DNA from: Azolla caroliniana
Lineage: Eukaryota > Plantae > Polypodiophyta
Length of the DNA stretch: 64,000 bases
Reading direction: 5' to 3'
Assembly (NCBI GenBank): GCA_043228905.1
Contig: JBHGNT010000011.1
Location: 9,486,001-9,550,000 of the forward strand
The notes beneath the pieces are model-generated. The model was not told the origin of the DNA and did no database searches. It was given only the letters and a program-made list of their open reading frames with translations. Position 1 is the stretch's first letter, and every line of letters starts with the position of its first letter. Below are positions 48,681 through 60,790 of this stretch, piece by piece. A program made the translations under genes and the position numbers.

Positions 48681-48844
48681 AGGTTGAAAGAAGGGGTTTT
48701 CTCTAAAGAAGAAGAAGAAGAAGAAATCTTTGAAGGATACAGGAAAAAGAAAAATTAGTAGGAAAAGGGGATTGAATAATAAAAGAAGAAAGACCAAACC
48801 TAATAATAGAGAAATGTCTACATATAAACACACACACACACACA

Positions 48845-48882
<38 letters not shown>

Positions 48883-49185
48883 TAGATTATATTATTGTCT
48901 TCGGAGGTCAAATATGACCTATGAGACCAAAAATATTACATTTCGCGTGATATGTGTGAAAGTGAGTAGTGACTCTCGATGTTCAAGAACTTTACCAATG
49001 AATGTTGCAATCGAGAGTGCACATTGTGGTTGTGAGAGGAATTCATGCAAAGATTGGGCTCGATCGAAGAGATGTGTAAAGCATGGTCGAATATGATCAA
49101 AGAGAGAGAGAGAGAGAGAGAGAGAGACTACTGACCTGATGAAGACGATTGATGATGAACAAGAAAGAAAAGAAAGATTCTATGA

Positions 49186-49345
49186 GGTTTAAGGGTATTT
49201 TGGTAAATAGGGCTTGTAGATTTGAGTGTATAATTACTTTATAAAGTGTATTTTTTTGAAGATAGGGGTAGTTTGGTAAATTTGGAACTTCCAGGGGCAT
49301 TCTGGTAAATAGACGAACTTCCAGGGGTATCGTGATCCTTTTCCC
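49186..49345 (-). repeat. MULE right TIR
   Basis: Inverted copy of 9393-9553. Confidence 0.92.
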
Positions 49346-51060
49346 GATTATGCACATATTAAAATCACACATCCATACACATTGAATCATGTACATTGTC
49401 ATATGGATATATGCTTACACACACACACACATACATACATTATACATATGGATATATGCGTACACAACATACATTAGATATGGATATATGCATACACATA
49501 TGTACATTTGTACATGGACATACATATATTCATTTATACATTGCTACGTACACATACACATATATACATTAGATATTATGAACATATTACAATCACACAT
49601 TGAATCACGTACATTTACATATGCATATATGCATACACATACATTACATACATGACATATGCATATATGCATACACATATGTACATTCGTATATGGACAT
49701 ACATATAGTCTTTTATACATTGCTACATGTACATACATATACGTACATACATACATATATTAGATATATACACACATACATACATATTACAAACAAACAT
49801 CTACACACATGTATATGCATATATGCATACACATACAAATATACATACATTACATATTACATATATACACATATGTACATTCATATATTCATTCATTCAT
49901 GTTTATTCGTGCAAGCATACATATTTAATGCATACATTATATATATATATATATATATATTCATTCATACATGCATACATTATGTGCACATACATACATA
50001 ACATACGTACATTTATACTAACCATAACATCAAACATTCATGTTTTTTCTTAATTTAGATTTTTGCCGCCTCCTGTACTCTTCCTCCTCTTCTCTCCTCA
50101 TTGCTGATGTCACCTCTTCTCCCCTTGTTGCTTCTGCCCTCGTTTTGCTGCCTTTGGTCTCGTTTTGCTGCCTCTGTTCTCGTTTTGCCGTCGTTGCTCG
50201 CCTTGTTGTGCTGCTTTTGCCCACTATTATTCTCTGTTGGGGTTGCCACAACTACCTACAAATATTTTATAGGTACACATAAGTACAAACATCATACATA
50301 CATAATGCACACATACATAAACCAACACATAACTTCTTAGACATATACACACACGTACATACATACATACATAAACACACACACATAACATATACAATCA
50401 TACACACATGCCATACATACAATATATACAATAAACGAAATTAATAGAATACAATACAATATGTACATACATACACACATACCTATATACACTTACATAC
50501 ATACATACACATGGAATACAATACAATACATACATAAACATACACACACACACAGACACACACACATGTGTAGAATATACATACACATATGGACATATAT
50601 ATGTTGTATGGAACATACATACACACACACACAAACATAACACACATCACACATGCTATACATACAATAAATGCAATTAAATAAAAAACAATACAATATG
50701 CACATACATGCACAAATACCTATATACACATGCAATACAATCCATACAATACCTATATACACATATAACACACACATACATACACATATACACACATAAC
50801 ACAACACACACACACACATGCATACATACACACACACAAACATAACACATAACACACAACACATGCATACCACATACAAACATAGCAAACAACACAGATG
50901 CATACCACATACACACATATATGATGTATGGAATATACATACATACACACAAACATAGCACACATGCATACCACATACAAACATATATGATGTATGGAAC
51001 ATACATACACACACATCACACATGCATACCACATTCACAATGCACACATACACACATATA
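49346..51060. repeat. TA/CA-rich satellite-like DNA (continuation of 7690-9392)
   Basis: Same motifs as the left flank of the MULE. Confidence 0.88.
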
Positions 51061-51311
51061 AATGATGTATGGTTATATGAAAAGCGATAGGTGGGCCATT
51101 CTATATGTAGATAATGGATGAAGAATCTATCATTGAAGTGTTTGAACATGAGAGGGATGATGAAGATAAACCTTTATGCATTGTAAGTGTGAGAGGAACT
51201 CTTACATATGCAAAGATCTGAGTGGATATAATTGAGGACGATATATTTTATGAATAATTTTCCTTTGTATACATAAAAAATAATATTTTGAATGGGAAAC
51301 AAGAAGAGAAA

Positions 51312-54300
51312 TGACGTTTAAAAGAAAATAATGAAGAGAATATCTGGAATAATGCTCGGCCACAACCGAGTCTTCAATCACTTCGTTGAGAATTACAAAC
51401 ACAGAAATGACGAGAACTCAACGCTCCTTATGCACAACGCTCGGCCACAACCGAGCTTAGAATGATACACAAAAAAACGGGAAATAAAACACGACATAGA
51501 GAAGAGGAAGATACACAGGAGGTTTACGTGGAAAACCCCAAACTAGGGGAAAAACCACGGTAGCCCACAGGCTGCAAACTGTCACTATGTAGTAATGTAC
51601 AAAACAGTGAGTTCACAGAGGCAACGACCTCGTGCTCACGATCTTCGCCACAGGCGGCGGTTACAATAGAGGCAACGACCTCTCTCTCTCTCTCTCTCTC
51701 TCTCTGTACATTGTTACGTGCTGACTCTTCTTCTTGCACCAACAAGAAAAATAATGACAACAACTAAAATCGACAACAAAAAAAGCTTGCCCTAAGTCAT
51801 ATTTATACTAATATGACTTTTCGGCTATTTACAAATGTAGCCTCGATGAGCTCTCAGAAACATATTTACGAATATGTCTCCTCATCCGGTTCACACCGGG
51901 CCTGCGCCATCCGGCTCTCCGTAGCCGAGTACTCCTCATCCGGTTTCGGCCTCGGCCGAGTTTGTTCATCGACACTGTTCTTCTCCCTTCCCATCCGGAG
52001 GGACCTGTCTCCCAACAAACTCCCCCTTCACTCCGGCATGGGGTGTCTTACCAGTTCGATCCTCTTCCGGCATGCGTCCAGCTTGTCAAGTGTCAGCACT
52101 TTGGTCAGCATATCTGACCCGTTCTCGGCCGTGTGGATCTTTGTTAGCGCGAACTCTTGGTCATCTACTCTTTCCCGGATCTAGTGATACCTCCGCTGGA
52201 TATGCTTCATCCGGGAATGGTAGGCCGCATTCTTAGCAAGGTGGATGGCACTTTGACTGTCGCAATAGAGTCGGTATTCCTCTTGCCGGATACCGAGCTC
52301 TCTGATGAAGTCCTTCATCCATAATATTTCCTTGCCGGCTTCCACAGCTGCCATGTACTCCGCCTCCGTGGTTGACAATGCAACCGTCTTCTGCAGCCTC
52401 GACTGCCACGAAACAACTCCCCCTGCATATGTCATTACATACCCGGATGTAGACGGGCTGGTATCCACATCAGCCGACATGTCCGAATCGGTGAAACCAT
52501 CCAGTTGGGGTTTTCCGGAGCCGAATCGGAGACACATATTTGAAGTGCCCTTCAAATACCGGAGTATCCACTTGACCGTGTTCTAGTGCTCCTTGCCAGG
52601 ATTGCTCATGAACCGGCTCACCACTCCGACTGCGTATCCTATATCCGGTTGAGTACAAACCATTGCGTACATCAAGCTCCCGACGGCAGAGGCATATGGA
52701 ATCTTCATCATATCCATCTTTTCTGCTTTCGTCTTTGGGCTTTGCTTGCCGGATAGCCTGTAGTTTGCCAGAAGTGTCGATCCGACCGGTTTAGCTTCTG
52801 ACATGTTGAACCCGTGAAGCACCTTTGTCACGTACTTCTCCTGTGACAGCCATAATTGCTTCGCTAACCGGTTCCGGATGATGTGCATCCCCAGCATCTG
52901 TCTTGCCGGACCCAAGTCTTTCATCGAGAAGGACTGGTTGAGAGCCTTCTTCAGCATCCGTATTTTCACTTGGTCACGTCCGAGTGCTAACCGGTCTCTC
53001 GCCGGTTGGGTCTGCTCATCGTAGAGTCTATCCTTACCGGTCAACTCGGAGTTCATTATCTTCTTCTCCGACTCCCAGTCGGCGAGCGTCTTGTTCTCCA
53101 TGAAGATAATATCTCGACTCCGGAATACCTTCTTGTCGACCGGGTCCCACACTTGGTAGCCGAACTCATCGTCACCGTAACCGAGGAACATGCATGGCCG
53201 GGTCTTTGGATCTAACTTTCCTCTCCGGTCCTTTGCTACATGCACGTACGCGAGACACCCGAACACCTTCAGATGCCGGTAGGACACTTCCTTACCGGTC
53301 CATACTCTCTGTGGCGTGTCTCCGTCCAAGGGTACTGAGGGTGATCTATTTATCACGTATGTCGCCGTTGATAGTGCCTCAGCCCAAAACTTCTTGGGTA
53401 GTTTTGCATGCGCTAGCATACTCCGGACCCTCTCCATTATGGTCCGGTTCATCCTCTCGGCCAGTCCGTTTAGTTCCGGCGTCTTCGGCACGGTAAATTC
53501 GACGCGGATTCCCTTCGAGCGGCAGTACTCCTCGAACTGCCCCTGGTATTCTCCTCCGTTATCTGCTCGAACCGCCTTCAACTTCCGGCTGGTTTCTCTT
53601 TCCACTCTCGCGTGGAGCTCTTTGAAGACGGATAGCACCTGATCCTTCGTCTTCAACAGTGTAGCCCACAGCTCCCGGCTGTGGTCATCTATGAATGTCA
53701 CGAAGTACTGCGCTCCGGCATGTGACTTCGTGTCTACTTGACACACATCCGTAAGCACCAACTCCAGTGATGCATTACGTCTCATCGGTGGCCTTGTTCG
53801 GAAGGAGGTCCGGTTTTGCTTACCGGCCAGACAATCAGTGTACTTCTCCAAGTGCATGTTCTTCACTGGAATGAGGTTGTCTTCTGCAAGCCTCTTCATC
53901 CCCTTCTCGCTCATGTGGCACAACCTCTTGTGCCATAGCTCACCGGCAATGTCGGATGCCACGTTCACTTCCTCCGGACATAACCGGGCATTCATCAGGT
54001 ACAACGTGTTGACCTTCCGGGCTGAGCCACAATCAGGCTCCCTTTGATGAATTTCATGACGCCATTCCGGATGCTACCCGTGTAGCCCTCATCATCTAGC
54101 CGACCGGCTGATATCAGGTTCAGTCGAACCTCCGGAACGTGTCGGACATCCCTCAGCAGCAACTTGCATCCGGTTGGTGTCCACAACCACACATCTCCTA
54201 TGCCGACAATTCGGCATGTTCCTTTATTCCCCATCCGCACACAACCGTGATTACCGGCTGAGTAGGATGAGAAGCATTTCCGGTTCGGGGTAAGGTGGAA

Positions 54301-57300
54301 CGACACTCCGGAGTCTACCACCCAGGTCATCTCGTCGCCGGTAAGGTTTATCTCTCTCTCCTCGGTGATGAGCATCAACTCTTCTTCACTTGCCGCGATT
54401 GCCGTTGTTCCCTTCCGGTCCGGCCCCCTCCGGTCTTTACCGTTCCAGTTCGGGGTCCGCTTCGAATCGGTACCGTCGATTTCCTTGTCTTTACGGAAGT
54501 GCCGACAGTTCTTCTGGAAGTGTCCCGGCTTGCCGCAATAGAAGCAAGTAGGCCTCCCCCTTGACTTTGACCGTGTCCCCGACTTCTCCCGGTTCTGGGG
54601 ACTACGGTTTCTATGTCTTCCGCGTTCTGATTCGGTAAGGAGCGCTTTGGAATCGGAGCTCGTATCTTTATCCTTCCGACGCGCCTCCTCATCTAGCAAG
54701 CTCGACTTTACTCTTGCTAGGGATAATTGTTTTCCTTCCGGCCCGGCGTTGCCCAAAGTGACAACCAACGTCTCCCAGCTATCCGGGAGGGAACCGAGTA
54801 GGAGTAGCGCTAGGACCTCATCGGCGAGAGGTACTTCCAATGAAGTTGGCTGGTGGATCAGCCCCTGGAAGGCACTCATGTGCTCCGCCATGCTGGAGCC
54901 ATCTTGGTACCGGAGTCTTACTAGCTTCCGGAATACCGAAACCTGATTGACAACATTTTTGTTCTGAAACATTATGCCGATCTTCTCCCAGAGCTCATGA
55001 GCCTTGCTCTCCTCATTGAAGTTGTTGTACAGGCTCATGTCGATGAAGCACCGTATGTACGCCGTTGTCTTCATGTGCATCACCTCCCATATCGCGGCAT
55101 CGATTTTGTCCGGTCTCTTGTCCTCGAACTGAACCGGCAGCCAGAGGTCTTTAACCACGAGCATGTCCCTCATCTTCGACTTCCACACTGAATAGTTGGA
55201 GCCGGTGAGCTTGAACATGCCACCAAACGATTCGTCCATTTTCTGTGTCGATTTCGCTCTGATACCACTTGACGAGAACTCAACGCTCCTTATGCACAAC
55301 GATCGGCCACAACCGAGCTTAGAATGATACACAGGAAAACGGGAAATAGAACATGACACAGAGAAGAGGAAGATACATGTGAGGAGGTTTACGTGGGAAA
55401 CCCCAAACTAGGGGAAAAACCACGGCAGCCCACAGGCTGCAAACTGTCACTATGTAGTAATGTACAAAACAATGAGTTCACGGAGGCAACGACCTCGTGC
55501 TCACGATCTTCGCCACAGGCGGCAGTTACAACAGAGGCATCGACCTCTTTCTCTCTCTCTCTCTCTCTGTACACTGTTACGTGCTGACTCTTCTTCTTGC
55601 ACCAACAAGAAAAATAATGACAACAACTAAAATCGACAACAACAAAAAAAGCTTGCCCTATGTCATATTTATACTAATATGACTTTTCGGCTATTTACAA
55701 ATGTAGCCTCGATGAGCTCTCAGAAACATATTTACGAATATGTCTCCTCATCCGGTTCACACCGGGCCTGCGCCATCCGGCTCTCCGTAGCCGAGTACTC
55801 CTCATCTGGTTTCGGCCTCGGCCGAGTTTGTTCATCGGCACTGTTCTTCTCCCTTCCCATCCGGAGGGACTTGTCTCCCAACAAGAAATGGGAATGTGGA
55901 GATGGATGCACGTATACACAAAAAACACTATAACAAGAGAGTACACAAGATGTTAACGTGGAAAACCCTGAGAGGGAAAAACCACGGGAGCCCACAGACT
56001 CCAAACTATCACTATATCAAAAGAATATAACGGGGGGGGGGGGGGGGCATAGAGGCAACGACCTTGTGCTCACTCTCTTCGCCTAGCGGCGATTACAACA
56101 GAGAATCACTCTGTGTCACACTCTCTCTCTGTTACGCTCTGTACAACAGTTACAACAATATGACAACACTATGATACACACACACTTTGTTTGCCCTAGG
56201 TCATATTTATACTAATATGAAATTAGGACTATTTATAGATATAGCCCCAATGGTCTCTCAGAAACATATTTCCATATATGTCCCTTCATCCGGTGAGAGG
56301 TTCTCACTGGGTCTGCATCATCCGGTTCTCACCGGGCCTTCATCATCCCATCTGGAAGGACCGAGATCCTAACAAACTCCCCCTTCACTCCGGCATGGAA
56401 TGTCTGGTTAGTCCAATTCGCTTCCGGCATGCATCCAACTTGTCGGGCGTCAGCACCTTCGTCAGCATATCTGACCCATTCTCCTCTGTGTGGATCTTCA
56501 TCAACATGAACTCTCGATCTTCCACTCGCTCCTGGATCTAGTGGTACCTTCGGTGGATGTGCTTCGTCCTAGAATGATACACCACGTTCTTTACAAGGTG
56601 GATGACACTTTGACTGTCGTAGTAAAGCCGGTATTCCTCTTGCCGGATCCCTAGCTCTTAGATGAAGTCGTTCATCCATAGTATTTCCTTGCCGGCTTCC
56701 ACAACTGCCATGTACTCCGCTTCTGTGGTTGACCACACAACCATCTTCTGCAGCTTCGACTGCCACGAAACAGCTCCCCCTACAAATGTCATGACATATC
56801 CGGATGTTGACCAGCTGGTATCCACGTCAACCGACATATCTGAATCGGTGAAATTGTCAAGTTGGGGTTTACCGAAGCCGAATCGGAGACACATACTTGA
56901 GGTGCCTTTCAAGTACCGGAGTATCCATTTTACTACATTCCAGTGCTCCTTGCTGGGATTGCTCATAAACCAGCTCACCACTCCGACTGCGTATCCGATA
57001 TCCTGTCGAGTACACACCATTGCGTACATTAAGCTCCCGACGACAGAGGCATATGGTATCTTCATCATATCTGCCTTCTCTGCCTTTGTCTTCGGGCTTT
57101 GCTTACCGCATAGCTTGCAATTTGCTGGGAGTGTCGATCCGACCGGTTTCGCATCTGACATGTTGAACCGTTGAAACTCCTTTGTCATGTACTTCTCCTG
57201 TGATAACCACAATTGCTTCTTTGACCGGTTCCAGATGATATGCATCCCCAATATCTATCTTGCCGGACCCAAGTCTTTCATTGAGAAGGTCTGGTTTAGA

Positions 57301-58551
57301 GCCTTCTTCAGCATTTGTATCTTGACTTGGTCTCGTCCGACGATCAAGATGTCGTCTACATACAGGAGGAGTATCAGGAAGTCTCCTCCTTCGAACTTCT
57401 TCACAAACACGCAGTGGTCAGCCTGCGTCTTGTGGTATCCTTGATCCGTCATGAAGGAGTCGAACTTCTGGTACCATTGCCGGGGGGAGCCTGCTTCAAA
57501 CCGTAGAGGCTCTTCTTCAACCAGCAAACCAGGTGCTCCTTCCATTTCTTCACAAATCCCTCAGGTTGCTACATGTAGATCTCCTCTTCGAGATCGCCGT
57601 GGAGGAATGTCGTCTTCATGTCTAACTGCTCTACCTCGAGGTCCATGCTTGCTGCTCTGCTCAGCACCATCCGGATGGAAGTCATCTTTACTACCGAGGC
57701 AAATATCTCGTCGAAGTTCACGCCCTTCTTTTGCTGGAACCCCTTCACCACGATCCTGGCTTTGTATCTCGGGGGGTTGCCGGCATCTCCCAGTTTCAGC
57801 TTGTACACCCACTTGTTTCAGAGTGCCCTCTTTCCTTTCGGCAACTCCACCAATTCATACATGTGGTTCTCATGCATGGAATCCATCTTGTCCTGCATGG
57901 CACTCAACCACTTACGGCTATGGGTGTCATCCTTTGCTTCTTTGAAGCTTTCCGGCTCCCCCTCATCGGTTAGAAACACATGCTCTGCATCCGGATATCT
58001 CCAGGGGGCTCTTCTTTCCCGGAGAGGATATCTCCGTCCTCGATTTTCGGTAACCGGCTCCTGTGTCTGTTCTTCATCCGAATCCGATTCGAGGTCTTGG
58101 CCAATTCTGGTTTCTGCTTCTTCTTCTTCTTCTTCGGCCGGTTCAGTATCCTCACCGTAACCGGCCAATTCTTCGAGTGTCATCCGGCTCTTAGCCAGGT
58201 AGGTCTGAATCTCATCAAACTGATCCTTATCGGTCGACTCGGAGTTCATTTTCTTCTTCTCCAACTCCCAGTCGGCAAGGGTCTTGTCCTCCATGAAGAT
58301 AATATCTCCACTCCGGAAAACCTTTTTGTTGACCGGATCCCACACTCAGTAGCCGAACTCATCATCGTTGTATCCGAGGAATATGCAAGGCCGGGACTTT
58401 GGATCCAACTTTGCTCTCCGGTCCTTTGGGACATGCACGTATGTGAGACACCCGAAAACCTTCAGATGCCGGTAAGACACTTCCTTACTGGTCCACACTC
58501 TCTACGGCCTGTCTCCTTCCAAGGGTACTGAGGGTGATCTATTTATCATGT
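51312..58551 (-). mobile_element. Ty1/copia element I (older relative of F/H): 3' LTR ~51312-51407 + 55889-56374, RH, RT, IN C-term; cut by K
   Basis: PPT after 56374; degenerate RT YVDDI and RH; LTR split by H; left LTR boundary approximate. Confidence 0.85.
51408..55883 (-). mobile_element. Ty1/copia element H (F family) with in-frame deletion of the RT core
   Basis: LTRs 51408-52017 and 55270-55883; perfect TSD AGAAA; PBS-Met; gag-PR-IN present; junction near 52980 lacks F 23139-23972. Confidence 0.95.
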
Positions 58552-60790
58552 TGTCGTGGAGAAAACCGTCCCTAGGCAGAATCAGAGAATAATGTGCGAG
58601 AACCGGCCCTTACACGCGGGCACAAGTTTTGTTGTAATTTACATATTTGGGTGCAAGTCGGCTTATGTGAATATCCTAGGTCGCACGCATTTGTTAGGAA
58701 GAAAATCGAGGCGTATCTTTGTCCGAAAGGATAGAGGATAAAGATGACGTAACGGCCTCCCTCCTTGGGCTATAAAAGAGAGGGAGAGGTATTGTGGAGG
58801 GATTGCTTTTTGTGGAGGAGGAAGTGTTGTTGGACTGGGACCGAACTTTTCTCCTCCGTCTTTCTCTGTATTTGCGGTGTACAGGTTTTCGAGAGGCTGA
58901 CTTAGCTCCGCGGAACGCCCAAGCGCTTCTGGTAGAATCTCCATCTCGCGTCTGTGTGTGTGTGTAGGCGTCAGAGCTTGTCGCTCATCGGCCCATCGGT
59001 TGTAACCCCTTTCATCTGATATATATATATATACATACGCACAGTCATCTTATTTCAATCGGTTGCAGTTTCTGTGTATTTGTGTGTCTGCGAAGGACGA
59101 TCGTTGTCTTTCTTGCTCCCCTCCTACTCTCTTGTTCCTCGGTTCAAGACCCCCGTGGTCCCGCCTCGTTCTACACGCACGCGCGTAATAACGCGACTTA
59201 ATTGGTGAACCCGACGTGAACAGGCGGCAGAGGAATAGTAAAGATGAGGGGAACGGAGCTTGCAGAAGCCATGGCTTCAGCTGTAGAACGATTAGTAAGT
59301 GTGCGTGAAGCCATAGGCGCCCTGAATAGGGCTATTGAAGCAATCGTCGGCACCATAACACGGTTCGGTGGAAAGGATGCGACGAGCTACTTGGAGGCCT
59401 ACCGAGCCGAAATGGTAATGAGGGACATTCCAGAAGACAGGCGACTAGCCAGATTCCCTCGGGTGGCGATGCCGGGCATCCACGCGGTGGTGCTCGAGGT
59501 ACGGGCTGAGAGCCGGACCTGGGAAGAGTTTGAAGGTCGGCTCCTTGAGAAATACGGGCTTGATGACGTGCTTTGGCTATCGAAGCGGGACTTCATGGAT
59601 TGGGTGGAGACCCCCGAAAAGGGGAGAAACGCGTCGGGGCTCCTCCGGGAGTTTGAAGAACGCTTCGCACGTCTTTCGGCGCTAAACTGGACCGTACTGG
59701 ACACAAGTTGTGTCCTATTATTCGTTAAATCAGTGGACATGAGGGACCGGGAGCAAGTGGGCCTCCTGCTGGAGACCGACGATGGGCTGACGGCCGATTG
59801 GGCCATGGTGAAGAGATTCTGTGGACGTTTCAACAAATGGCGAGAATGGGTCAATAAAGGCTCGATGGGGGCAGGCTCTGTTGCAGCAAGGACGCTCGAG
59901 GTACCCCCACCGGCGCGAAGGGAGAAGACCTGAGTTTGGCTTGAGACCGGCTCGACTTCGACCGGTGTGGTCAAGGGTCCGTCCGGAGGTGCGGCTCTGG
60001 AGGAGCTGACTCAGATGGTGAGGGACCTCTAGATTGTGCAGGCACGGAGGGACGGCGACGAACAAGCCCACGACCGAAGGCCTCTGGCCAGGCATCGGTG
60101 CTTGTGGTGCGACGCGGTCAGCCACGCCCGGAAGGACTGCGGGGATTTCGCCGAAGCGATAAGGTCCAACGCAGTGTACCTGTGGAACAGGTGGGTACAT
60201 GCTAGCGAAACCAGGAGGGCCCTGGAACTAAATGTCGGACGAGGGGGAATGAAGCAGTTGATGGAAGAAGTGGCGACTCACCACGCGGAGACTGTCCACT
60301 ACTCGGCGTCGGCAGGAATCCGGGTCGTGAGCGACGAAGTCCGGAAGACGAGGGACTCCGGGTTTTGGCCGTTGATGCTAGAAGGCCTCGCCGGCGTACC
60401 ATTGAGGAAATAGGAAGCGGACCGCGTGGAAAGACGGGTCCGGGAGGTAACCGGGTGGACTAACCCGGTTGAAGAAAAGACGGGCTTCATAAAAGCCGCG
60501 TGCCAGAACTACGAGGTTCTGATGGAGGAGAAGCGTCGGGAAAAACCGGAGGGGCTAGACCCTCACAACGGTATCAGACCCGGTTCGGGCTGAGGCAGAA
60601 TGACGACGGTGCACCCAGCGCACCGGATAAGCCAAGAAGGCCGGTTACCGATTGAGCACGGAGATCGAAGGGACTACGGACCTACAAAAGGTCCTGGAGG
60701 AACGGATCCTCGACAACAAAGTGGAGTTGTCGCTGAGGGAAGTGCTCGGGATCGCCAAGAAGGAGTTCCACAACTCCATCGTAGACTTGG
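58552..60790 (+). mobile_element. Ty3/gypsy-type element K, 5' part: LTR ~58552-59198, PBS, degenerate gag
   Basis: TGTCG start; PBS TGGTGAACCCGACGTGA at 59203 (tRNA-Trp-like, from recall); gag 59244-59933 and CLWCDAVSHARKDC knuckle; interrupted by J. Confidence 0.82.

Larger units (their letters stand above)
9393..49345 (-). mobile_element. Mutator-like element (MULE) expanded to ~40 kb by nested retrotransposons
   Basis: ~160-bp TIRs GGGAAAAG... (9393-9553) and ...CTTTTCCC (49186-49345); MuDR-type transposase inside; no clean 9-bp TSD seen. Confidence 0.9.
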
